Shown piece after piece: positions 11,005 to 64,000 of a stretch of 64,000 bases of DNA (within the stretch, counting starts at the first letter, position 1; every line of letters starts with the position of its first letter). The notes beneath the pieces were generated by a model. That model saw only the letters and a program-made list of their open reading frames with translations, searched no databases and was not told where the DNA came from. The DNA is taken from positions 64,728,001 through 64,792,000 of the forward strand of contig OZ024743.1 of assembly GCA_964016885.1 (NCBI GenBank). The letters run 5' to 3'. This stretch comes from Eledone cirrhosa (lineage: Eukaryota). Position numbers and translations under genes: made by a program.

Positions 11005-14000
11005 GTAAGTTATAATGTGGATTTATTTCTAGATATGAAGGTTTCAATCATCACCATCAAGGGTTGGACAGGTTATCACAGATCAAGTCAGTACTTCAGT
11101 GGAACTACTGACTTCTCAGATGGTCATTTTCATACATTCCTGTACTCTATTGAATATTCTGAGATGTATGTATATATTCATTATGAAAATATAAACACAT
11201 AATAAATATACTTAATTATTGTCAGGAACCTCTCAAATATAATGCACAAAAAATATATGATCAAAACAAGAGAAAAAGAAAAGAAAACACCCATCAATTC
11301 ACCACCAAGTGCAACAATCAGCTGCCGACCATAAAGGTCAATGGAGTATTATTGTTGTTTAACTGCAGATCAATCCTAATACAGCAGAAATGAAATTTAC
11401 AGTTCACACCTATATAGGTTTTGCTGCTCTCCTACAAGGATGTATCTCATAAAGAGGTTTCTCAGGTATTTTAATGATAAGGTTGTCACACCTATGTAAG
11501 TTTAGCTGATCTCCTATAAGGTTGAAGCTCATCATCATCATCATCATCATCATTTCATTTTACGTCCACTTTTTCCCTGCTTGCAAGGGTGGGACGTGAA
11601 CTGATTCTGGCTTAATTTCTACAGCTGGATGCCCTTCCTAATACCAACCTCATTTACAGTGAGAGCTGGGTGCTTTTTTGCCGTGGCACCTCCACGACCA
11701 CTTTGCAGTGGAATGATATGGACCCCAGTCCTATCATCTCATTTCTACAGCTGAGTAAACTGGAGCAATGTGAAATAAAGTGTCTTGCTCAAGGAAACAC
11801 ATCACCCAGTCTGAGAATTGAACTCACAACCTTTCGATTGCAAGGCCTATGCTCTAACCACTAAGCCATGTGCCTCCATAAAGCTCATAGGAAGGTTTTT
11901 CAGGTGTTTGATAAGGTCTCCAGTGTTGTTACAGCTCACACATATGTAGGTTTAGCTGCTCTCCTACAATGTTGTGTCTCATTGGAGGTTTCTCAGGTAT
12001 TTTAACATATCATCATCATCATCATACGTCGTCTTCTAGACTTGCATGCGTTGGACAGGCTGTCACAGACCCAAAACCAGATGGGTTTGAGCAATCCATC
12101 TTGCTCATTACGTTCCATATTTGGCATAGTTTCTATAGCTGGATGCCCTTCCTAGCACCAACCACCTTACTGGGTGTGCTTTTCATGACATCAGCACTAC
12201 TATTTTACAGAGTGAATTTGGAGCATTTTATCATGACACCCATACTACCATCTTATAGGGGATGGGTTCTGCCAAGTTTCAAATGCCCAAGACAGGCCAT
12301 ATATCACAACACCGCCCCTACAACTCCATCAGGAGTTACAAATGAATACATACATACAGGACTAAACAGAAATTATTTTTTAAATTCCTATTACTTAAAT
12401 TACCAATAACAGCAGCAAGGTGTTTATTAATTTTCTCTCTCTTTCTCATTCTTCAATTGTCTAGGCTGGTCGATTACTAATCCGTAACTGTCTAAGCAGT
12501 TTACTGCAGATACCATATTCCTCGCTGGAACTAAGCCGGACAGACAAAGGAAAGCCTTACTTATCAACTATAGACAATGCTATCAGTAAAACTGCACCCC
12601 ACTTCAATATTGCTCACCATGGTAGCTTCACTGTGTTAGCTACCCACCCTCATATTGACATTGGGGTGGATATCATGAAAGTAGAAGCTCCAAGTAGGTA
12701 AACTGCTATATTGCTATTTTTATCTTTTTTGTTTATATTATTTATAAAGGTGTATGTTTATGTTACATGTGTGAGGAGTAGTGTGGTCTCTGGGAGTGAG
12801 GTGTGGGTGATGAACATGGAGCAGTGGAGAAGGTCAGAAAGAATGGAAGGAAAAGGTATACGAGGCGTGTCACTCTGTAAAGTAGTTGGTGTTAGAAAGG
12901 GCATCCAGCTGTACAATCCAAGCCAAAACAAAGCATGTGAACAAGACCTAGTCACCTGATTAGTCAGGCCTCAGCATGTGGCAGCCGTCTAACCCATGCA
13001 AGCATGGAAAATAGACATTGAACGATGATGAGACATGGTCAATGAACATGGAGCACAAGAGATGGCTGGAAAGAACAGAAATGAGAATGGTCTGATGAAT
13101 ATGTGAAGTGTTGCTGAGAAAAGAACAGTATATGTTTACATACAACTGTGTGTGTGTGTGTGATACATGTTTACATACAACTGTGTGTGTGTGGGTGTTT
13201 TGTTTCATGGTTTTCTCCCACACATAAACCCTTTCCCTTACAAACTCTTCATTTAGCTCCGTATAAGAAAACTTCCGGAAAAATTTCCTCCTAGTTCTTC
13301 CACGTGGAATCTATTTCAGTGGGAAGGACAGTTGAGAAATTCTTCCACGATATGAGAAGACAATTCACTGAGTTCGAGTGGAAAGTGATCCAGTCAGCAG
13401 GGAATGAGTTCAACCAGCTTCTAATGTTTTACAGACATTGGGTATGTTTTAAATGTATTTTCTATTATAACAGTAGTTGTGCTGGCCCCACAATAAAATC
13501 ACCCAGTTCACTGTGTAAAATGGTGGTGCTGGTCCCACAATAAAAGCACCCAGTTCACTCTGTAAAGTGGTAGTGTTAGTGCCACAATAAAAGCACCCAG
13601 TCCACTCTGTGAGATGTTGGTGTATTGACAAAAAACACCCGGTCCACTCTGTAAAATGGTAGTGCTGGTATCTTGACAAAAGGCACCCAGTCCACTCTGT
13701 AAAATGGTAGTGCTGGTATCTTGACAAAAGGCACCCAGTCCACTCTGTAAAATGGTAGTGCTGGTACCATGACAAAAAACACCCAGTCCACTCTGTAAGA
13801 TGGTAGTGCTGGTGTCATGATAAAAAGCATCCATTACATGCCTTAAAGTGGTTAGCAAACCCATGCTAGCATGGAAGATGGACGTTAAACGAAGATGATG
13901 ATGAGAGCATTCAGCCTTAGAAACAAATTCCCCAAAAAAGGAGCAAATAAGTGGCTCTGTAATGTATCCATCATCGTACCCAACACAAGTGCAAGTTGTA

Positions 14001-15371
14001 GTTGATAAAATAAAGTACCAGTAAAAATCTGGGGTTCAGTTTAATCTACTGTGTCCCTGCCCAAAATTTCTGCCTTTGTACCTATATAAAAAATGGTGGG
14101 GATGAAGATGATGGGGCCAAATGGAGAAGATTGTCATGGAACCTGCAAGGTTAACAAACTCTGCTTTAGCAGGGAAAAGGGCTGTAAAACGCTTGTTGTT
14201 GTTTGCCTCAGTGAGCAATTATGATTATTAAGGAAGTGAAGTAGCACGTTTAGTTTAGTCCCTTTACATTTTTTCCATCCAATTTGCATGTAAACCCCAA
14301 CATTTTTTCTACCTTGTCTTTCTAACATCACCTTCATCTTTGGTAGCAAATAGATTAAATTATAAAATGCTTTGCAGTATTCGTTCCAGCACTCTTTATT
14401 CTTAGTTCAACTCCAGCGGAGGTCAACTTTGCCTTCCATCCTTTCGATGTCAAGAAAAAAAAGTACCAGTCTAGCACTGGGGTGGATTATTCCTCTATAT
14501 AAGTACACACTGTAAAGTGGTTGTGTAGATATCACTTCACCAAAATGGTAGCAAGAGCTTTCATCCTTACGGGGTCGATAAAATAAAGTACCAGTAACAT
14601 ACTAGGGTCGATTTAATCAACTTTCCCCTCCCCCAAATTATTTGTGCCTATACTAGAAATCATTATTATTATTCTAATTACCGTTATTGTCATTATTATT
14701 ATAATTGTTGTTTGTTTTCCAGTGTTTGAAAGAAAGTGTAGTGAAGTCCCTCGGGGCTGGAATTGGATTTGGCCTGGAAAGACTGGAATTTCATGTGGCC
14801 ACTCCATTGCTGACCAGTGACAACACTGTTACTGACACTGTTTTCCTGTTGGATGGTAAGATCAACAAGGAATGGACCTTTGAGGAGACCCTGTTGGAAG
14901 GTGATCATTGTATTGCTGTAGCTTACCATTTCATACCTGAGAAAAATATTTTACCTGAAATCAAAGCAAATCAAAATAAAAAGGTTTTTATTGTTTTTTA
15001 TTTGTTTTTGTATAAATTGTTTTGTATTTTTGTAGTCAGTGGATTTTTTTTTTTTTTTTCTAATTATAAAATGCACCCAGTCCACTCTGTAAAGTGAAAG
15101 TACTGGTATCAAGGTAAAATGTACCCACCCCACTCTGTAAAGTCGTAGTGTTAATACCAAAATGAAATGCACCCAACTCACTGTAAAGTAGTGGTGCTGG
15201 TGCCAATATAAAGCACCCAGTCTACCTTGTAAGGTGGCAGTACTTATGTCATGATAAAATACTCCCAATATAAAGTGGTTGGCAGTTGGAAGGGCATTCA
15301 ACCACAGGAAACTAAGCCCAAAATGTAATCACCTGACTAACCCATGCAAACATGGAAAATAAACATCAAAA

Positions 15372-15402
<31 letters not shown>

Positions 15403-16978
15403 AAGATTTATTATTATTCATACTAACATACAAGGGCGGTGGATTGGCAGTACCGGTGGAGCATCGGACACCATGCTTCGCAGCACAAAGTTACGGCCCT
15501 TTACATTCTGAATTCAAATCCCACAGAGGTTAACTTTGCTTTTCATCCTTACAAGGTCAATGAAATAAAGTACCAGTAATGCATTGAGGTCAATTCAATC
15601 AACTTTTCCTTTCCCCAATATTTTTTTACAACTGATAGGATGTCGATTTTTTTTTTTAGCCTAAGACATATAATCAAAGGCATTCCCACTGTGATTTTCT
15701 TTTCAGGTACAGTGTATCTTGGACTACACTATCCAATCTGTCTGTGAGACTAAAACTCACGCCTGCCATATGCCAGACACAGCAGTTGTGAGTTCTAGTC
15801 CCACAGGTGACGCTGTCCACTTTTTTCCATCTCTAGATGCTTATATGTCCAACATGTTTGACTATTTTCCAAAATCCTGTATTGAAGCTGTTAACTTTAA
15901 GCCAACATCATCATCATCACCATCACGACTACCACCATCATCATCTTCTTCTTCTCCCATTTATTCCTGAGAGGGTTGTGGGGCCAGAGTCCTCAAACAC
16001 TCCTTCCAGCAGGTCCTGTCAGAAGCAACCATCTCCAATCGATCCAGCTTGATCCCCAAGTGAGACCAGCCAAGCTCATAGATGTTATCCAACCATCTTG
16101 CTCTGGGTCTCCTGCCAGTTGGTTTCGCCCATAAAACCTGTCCAACGATTCTTTCCTGAGACATTCTAACCAGAGCTGTGATTTTTCAATTCGGAGAAGT
16201 AGTGGCTCTACCTGGAGTGACTCTCTGATCTTTGAGCTACACACTCTATCAAGTAATGTTACTCCAAAGACCCTTCAGAGGAACCCCAAAGCCAATATAC
16301 ACTTAAAATTCATAATAATAATGGTTTATGATTTAGACACAAGGCCAACAATTTTGGGGGGAGGGGAAAGTCGATTAAATCGACCCGTGTTAAACTGGTA
16401 CTTTATTTTATCAACTCCATAAGGATGAAGGGCAAAGCTAACTTTGGTGGGAATTGAAATCAAAACGTAAAGGGTCAAAACTCTATGCTGTGAAGCATGG
16501 TGTCCAATGCTCTACCAATCCACTGCCCTCATTCATAATAATAATGGTTTCTGATTTAAACACAAGGTCTTTTGATAATAATAATAATAATAATTGTTTC
16601 TACTTTTGGAACAAGGCCAGCAATTATCCAGTGCATTACTGGTACTTTATTTTTATCGACCCCGTAAGGATGAAAGGCAAAGTTAACCTCGGTGGGATTG
16701 GAACTCAGACCATAAAGGGACGTAACTCTATATATCAAAGCATGGCGTTCAACTCTCTACCGATACTGCCAATCCACATAATAATAATTTTTCTTTTTCT
16801 TCCCCAGGAATCCAAATCACCTGTTATTGATGATTCAGGTGTTAAACTGTTTAAAATTCTTTCATTTCAAGAATTGACAGCCAGTGCCTTACCACAGACA
16901 GACGCTGATCTAGAATACTGGCTCAACTTTAATTCTAAATTAGAAAGACCTGAAAGACAGAAGAAATCCATCACATAA
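10849..16978 (+). CDS. AASDHPPT: L-aminoadipate-semialdehyde dehydrogenase-phosphopantetheinyl transferase (Sfp-type PPTase), 5 coding exons, ~312 aa
   Basis: join(10849-11004,12465-12693,13320-13441,14723-14983,16808-16978); GT-AG introns, phases 0,1,0,0. Motifs IQPEEKERI.QF.FKKDAKAAMAGRLLIR, KGKP, FNIAHHG, IGVDIM, FYRHWCLKES. Start may be ATG 10861; an acceptor at 10845 implies an upstream non-coding exon. Confidence 0.93.
11533..11880 (-). mobile_element. tRNA-head SINE with RTE-derived 3' tail
   Basis: Same family as 53669-54403; flanked by a probable TSD aagctcat (~11525 and ~11882); interrupts an ~80-bp tandem repeat spanning 11400-12010. Confidence 0.8.
12465..12693 (+). CDS. AASDHPPT: AASDHPPT coding exon 2
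   Basis: ctag|AGRLLIR...KGKPYL...GVDIMKVEAP|gtaggt; absent from the ORF track. Confidence 0.9.
13320..13441 (+). CDS. AASDHPPT: AASDHPPT coding exon 3
   Basis: ttcag|GRTVEKFFHDMRRQFT...FYRHW|gtatgt. Confidence 0.9.
13480..13903 (+). mobile_element. RTE-3'UTR-derived element with ~42-48-bp tandem array
   Basis: Unit aaaagcacccagtccactctgtaaaatggtagtgctggt..., ending in aacccatgctagcatggaagatggacgttaaacgaagatgatg. Relatives at 15065-15400, 27480-27630, 27940-28490(-), 30830-31150(-), 55110-55770(-). Confidence 0.75.
14723..14983 (+). CDS. AASDHPPT: AASDHPPT coding exon 4
   Basis: ccag|CLKESVVKSLGAGIGFGLERLEF...WTFEE...NQNKK|gttttt (weak donor). Confidence 0.85.
15935..16285 (-). mobile_element. 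3' fragment of a second RTE-like LINE family
   Basis: LLRIEKSQL...MSQERI...RPRARWLDNI; other copies 26725-27160(+), 30470-30800(-), 37500-37795(+), 62920-63270(+). Confidence 0.75.
16808..16978 (+). CDS. AASDHPPT: AASDHPPT coding exon 5
   Basis: ccccag|ESKSP...LSFQELTASALP...EYWLNF...stop. Confidence 0.85.
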   Translation, partial: ESKSPVIDDSGVKLFKILSFQELTASALPQTDADLEYWLNFNSKLERPERQKKSIT

Positions 16979-17452
16979 CCTTTGAATGAACTAGAATTTT
17001 GTGTACGTCTATATATGTGTATGTATCAGTCTGTGTGTCTGTAAGTATATCCATCTATGTGTATGTCTGTGAGTATCCGTCTATATGTGTAAATGTATGT
17101 GAGGGTGTGTGGGTCAGGTCAGAAACCTGCTAATGGCAATCATGTAAGCCAATACAAGAAGGGCTAAAGCCCGACGCGAACTTTCTTTCCCCTTTTCCAT
17201 TTAAAGTGTGAAACTAAATACTTTTTGTACCTGTTCCTCTCTGATGACCCTGTGATAAACAGGTAAAACTCGAGTAACAAGGCTCACTAACCTTGATAAA
17301 ATATATTTTATTAAGGTTAAAAAGTGAGTCTTATACACACACACGCGTGTGTGTTGAACATGAGATTACTCTCTTCCTCTCCTCTCTTTCCCCCTCCCTA
17401 TAATGTGTGTCGAACATGAGATTAAAAATGTATTTGTTTTACATTATTTTGT

Positions 17453-17458
17453 AATAAA
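17453..17458 (+). terminator. Probable poly(A) signal of AASDHPPT
   Basis: AATAAA ~475 nt after the stop, followed by a T/GT-rich tract. Confidence 0.55.
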
Positions 17459-20084
17459 TTTCTAAATCTATCTTTTAGTATTGATTTGTTTTTTCTACAG
17501 AATTGGGTTTAACACCACCCCATGGTGCTAGGGTAGTAGACTTAATCTGTCTGGTTTAACCCCCCCATCCTTGGGTGTTAGACTTCATCAGTCACTTGGT
17601 TTAACACCAACTCGTGCTTGGGTGCATTTAACAGAATCCACACCATGTATTCTTGCAAAAAAGTGAAGAGACATTTGATAATACAGTCGGGCATGCACTG
17701 TGTCTGAAACAACAACTTTGACCATCGGTCTACTCAACAACTACAAAAATCAAGTCAATAAATATATTGTCATTTTTTTCTTCTTTATATCATTTCAAAT
17801 GTACATAAAAATGTGTAAACCCAATATCAACTTTGGGCCAGGCATTAATTACAACGTGATATAAAATATTTACCACAAAAATTCTATGTACAAATCTTTT
17901 ACAATATTTCAACTCCAATGTCTATTTACAATTCCAGTGAATAGTTTTAAAACAGTGATTTCTAACTTAGGCCACAACAAATATATTTGTTTTTTTAGTT
18001 TTATCTAAAGGAGAGGGTGTAATTGATTTAATTAACCCCAAGCTCCACACTTCTCAATAAACTGACTAGGACTTATAACAATTCCCTCAAGAATTTCATA
18101 AATAATGTGACAGGCAAATTTGAACTCTGAAGATAAAGGGACATAACTCATTACCAGACGGTATTTAGTTTGACAATTTACAATGTATGACCCCCCCACT
18201 GCCCAATGATGATAATAATGGTTTCTACTTTATGCACAAGGCCAGCAATTTGTGGGGAGGGGGAAAGTCGATTATATCGACCCAAGAAGAATGAAAGGTT
18301 AAGTTAACCTCAGCGCATAGTAGCTAAATGCTGCAAAACATTTTGTCTGACACACTGCCCTCAATAATAATAGTTTCTAATTTAGGCACAAGGCCAGCAA
18401 TTAAACTGACCTCAGTATTTAACTGGAACTTTATTTTATCACCACAGGAGGATGAAAGGCAAAGTTGACCACGGCATGATTTGAACTCAGAATGTAGGAA
18501 GTTGTAACTAAATAGTGTAAAGTATTTTGTCCAACGTTCTGCCACTGTCCAATAATAGTAATAATGGTTTGATTTTTGGCGCAAGGCCAGCAATTTGGGG
18601 AAGTGGTGTAAGTCTATTACATCAACCCCAGTTTTTGACTGGTATTTTATTTCATCGACTCTGACAGGATGAAAGGCAAAGTTGACCACAGTTGGATTTG
18701 AACTCAGAACATTCAGCCAACAAATACTGTAAAACATCATATCAGACACCCTAATAACCCTGCCAAGCGACAAGGCTATAAATTTGAGACGAATTAATTT
18801 ATAGTCAACCCCAGTACTTGACTGGTATTTCATTTTATCACCCCTACTCAGCATAGAAAGCAAAGTTGATCTCAGCATGCCAGGATAAATAAAATATTTC
18901 AACCAACATGCTAATCTAAAAGTCGAAAGTCTGTCTCAAGCCAGGAGGATCATCAGTGAAGTGACTGAGAGTACAAGACTTCCCCCTGGACAGGATGCTA
19001 GTCCATCTAAGGGTTAAACTCCCAGCTATTGCTGGTACTCATTTTCAGCTGAGTATACTGGAGCAACGTGAAATGAAGTGTTTTGCTCAAGAACAAAACA
19101 CACAACCCAGCCCAGGAATTGAACCCATGATAATATCATTGTAAGTCCAACACCCTTACTACTAGGTCACACACCTCTACCAAGCTAATGCCTGGATAAA
19201 TAACAAGGTATTTCAACCAACATATTAATGCTTTTGCCAATAATAATAACAACAACAACGATTTCTAGTTTAGAAACAAGACCAGTAATTTGGGGGAGGG
19301 GAAAGTCAATTATATTTAGCCCAGTATAGGACTGCTATATCATTTTATCGACCCCAGAAAGATGACAGGGCAAAGCTGACCTCAACAGGATTTGAACTCA
19401 GAATGTAAAGAGCAGGAGCAAATGTCACAAAACATTTTACCTGACTCTAACAATTCTGCCAATATACTGCTCTTAATAATAATAGTAATGCTTTCTGTTT
19501 TAGACACAAGGCCAACAATTTGGGAGGAGAGAAAATCGATAAAAATAGACCCAGTGTGTGACTGGTACTTTATTTTATCAATCCTGTAAAGATGAAAGGC
19601 AAAGCTAACTTTGGCGGGATTTGAGCTCTTAATAGTAATAACAACAATAATAATAATAATGGCGATATTTTACAGTCACAAAGCCACATATTTGTAGGGA
19701 ATGTACTTAATCACATGAACTGACTCCAATATATTACTGATACGTTTTTGTTGTTTTTTGTTTTCCCCTCCTTATCAAATCCTTTCCCTACTGAGACAGG
19801 GGTTAAAAAGTAAAAAACAACTGTCCATTTTTTCCATCACTCTCACTTTCATATACACCTAAGAAAACACAGAGGGGGTGGGGCAAGAAGTGATTAAAAA
19901 GCATGTTGTCAGCCTGTCAGCTGGAATACAACGGACTAATAGGATGTGTGTAATTATTACCAACAACCCTTAATACTAAGTATTTAAAGTAATTGCTCAC
20001 AAAAATCATTAGAAAATATATTTTTTTAGAGCAGGGGTAGGAAAAAATTTGAACCTCCTGATTCCACAAAGTATATATTTATTA

Positions 20085-20400
20085 ACTCTGTATTCTTGAG
20101 CTCACAATCATGAGGTTGTGAGTTCGATTCCTTGACCTGGCAATGCATTGTGTCCTTGAGCAAGACACTTTATTTCATGTTGCTCCATTTTACTCAGCTG
20201 GAAAAATGAGTTACAACATCACTGGTGCCAACTTGTATCAGCCTTTGCCTTTCCCTTGAACAACATTGGTGGAATGGAGAGGGGAGACTGGCATGCATGG
20301 GCGACTGTTGGTCTCCCCCTCACAAAAACAATGCCAAGGGTTGTGCCTCAGGGGGGAATTTTCTCAATGCAAACCCATGGTAAATTCATGAATGAAGGTG
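20085..20400 (+). mobile_element. SINE with V/CORE-like central domain (ccttgagcaagacactttatttcac...cactcagctgg)
   Basis: B-box gagttcgattcc before the core; relatives at 18960-19180(-), 31981-32300(+), 56890-57185(+). Confidence 0.65.
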
Positions 20401-21129
20401 ACTTATCATTGCAAAGTGTGTAAATTACTTGAAAATTACTAAATATAAACCTTTGTATTATATTTTTTCGCCCATAAACATAAACTTTGTGTAAAATTCC
20501 TGATACATGTCTACATTTAAACCGGCCATATCTGGCCAGAATTCTCTCACCTCTTTCTGTTCAAACCTGCCATAACTGGCTGCTCATACTTATGTTATGG
20601 TATTGTTCTCAAAATAAATAATATCAAAATCTCGTAGATTCAATATTATGTGAGATAATTATGTGAAATAAAGTGTTTACCGTGAATATATGATAGTAAA
20701 TATAGAGTAATGTAAATGCTAAAGGGTCAAAAGAATTTCTGAAACAAAAGTTTGCGAAAATAAGAACAACTGACACACACACACACACACACACACAGTA
20801 TGTAAAAACAATTGTTGACAACTATAAGAGAATGGTCTCAATATACTAACCCTATGGGGGTTCAGTAACTAGGAAAATCTGGAATTCAGGGTAAGGAGAT
20901 CCAAAAGAAAAAAAGAAAAAAACATTAGACAGATAGATGGAATCAATATTGGTAGAAGCCATGAATATAGAACAAAAACCAAATTAAAACACAACCAAAC
21001 TGACAATGCATTTTTCTTACTTGTGAGTCAGTCATGGAGAGGCAGTAGACTCCACTAAAGGCCCCTAAGAGCAAGGTGGTGGTAGAGGTGGTGATGCTAA
21101 ACTGGGTGACATATTAGGTTTACTTGCCA

Positions 21130-21130
<1 letters not shown>

Positions 21131-21170
<40 letters not shown>

Positions 21171-21345
21171 CATACATACGTACATACATACATATATACA
21201 CATACATAAATACATACATACAAATATACGTACATACATACATATGTACATACATATATATATATACATACACACATACATACATACTCACACACACACA
21301 CAAGTGCTAATAAATACCTTCATACACACACACACACACCACCCA
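21131..21345. repeat. (TA)/(TACA)/(CA) microsatellite in the probable TAF1 3'UTR
   Basis: Direct reading. Confidence 0.9.
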
Positions 21346-21954
21346 CCCATGTTCAGTTTAAAATAATCATACCCAACTTAACAATTCAAACATAACATTA
21401 AGATGAAGTAAAAAAAAAAAGAGGGAGGTACATTAACATGTATTTGTTTCCAGTTTCCATAGCAACAAATTTCAGGTTAAATTCCATATTTCACATATAT
21501 CACATTCTCCTTCAACCTTCCTTTTCTTTCATATTTTGTAAATTATCTTGAAATGATGTTTTGGTTTCACCTACATTTTCTTCTTTCATCTCAAGAATGT
21601 CACCATAACACCTTTTACATACTCACACATTTTGGGGAAACCTTCAACACAGGTCCTTATAATCAGTATTGTAATCGTTATTATTATCATTATCATTATC
21701 ATTATTATTTACTCTGACTATGCTTTTCTAAGCAGAAATAAATAAACAGGGAGGTTGTATCTACTTTTGTTTCTTTGGTAATGTCCCCTTTCCTTTACCC
21801 AATGTAAACCCCACTCTGTTGTGTTTGTCCTTGTATTGTCTGCCCCAATATCTTGGGCTCTTGTGGCCAATAAAAGAAGTCACCATTATCATTATTGTTG
21901 TTGTTGTTGTTGTTGTTGTTGTTATTATTATTATCTAGGTTTATTACGTCCCAT

Positions 21955-63793
<41,839 letters not shown>

Positions 63794-63799
63794 CTGCAA

Positions 63800-63832
<33 letters not shown>

Positions 63833-64000
63833 AATTATTGTGTACAGTGCTCAGGTGCACTACAACTCATCAAATAATAATAATAATTGTTTCTACTTTT
63901 GGCACCAGGCCAGCAATTACCCAATGCATTACTGGTACTTTATTCTATCGACCTCGGAAGGATGAAAGGCAAAGTTATATTGCTTCTATTTTAGGCACAA

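Noticed and set aside
13449-13864. Repetitive ORFs (YQHYHFTEWTG; also 28219 and 55311-55809)
   Set aside because: Translations of RTE-UTR-derived minisatellites.

Overview
AT-rich, repeat-dense animal genomic DNA; the SINE/RTE landscape and protein sequences suggest an octopus-like cephalopod (inference). It holds two convergent spliced genes: a complete 5-coding-exon 4'-phosphopantetheinyl transferase (AASDHPPT/LYS5-like, +, 10849-16978) and the 3' ~1160 codons of TAF1 (-, 26 exons from 63793 to the stop at 21955; exon phases close when checked by hand). The window opens with an open Penelope-like retroelement ORF (RT + GIY-YIG) followed by a minimal hammerhead ribozyme. Introns carry RTE and CR1-like LINE fragments, tRNA-derived SINEs, mariner- and piggyBac-like MITEs, and mini/microsatellites. 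Most unusual: (1) an 8-bp-TSD palindromic DNA transposon (Merlin-like ends) with a canonical histone mRNA stem-loop in each arm; (2) a 49-bp array that multiplies the splice acceptor of the TAF1 zinc-knuckle exon and is split by an RTE insertion; (3) about eight hammerhead-like motifs; (4) a fold-back mariner and an inverted SINE pair that would form long dsRNA in the TAF1 pre-mRNA; (5) a displaced partial copy of a TAF1 bromodomain exon with its donor site. Repeat boundaries are approximate; no searches or folding programs were run.
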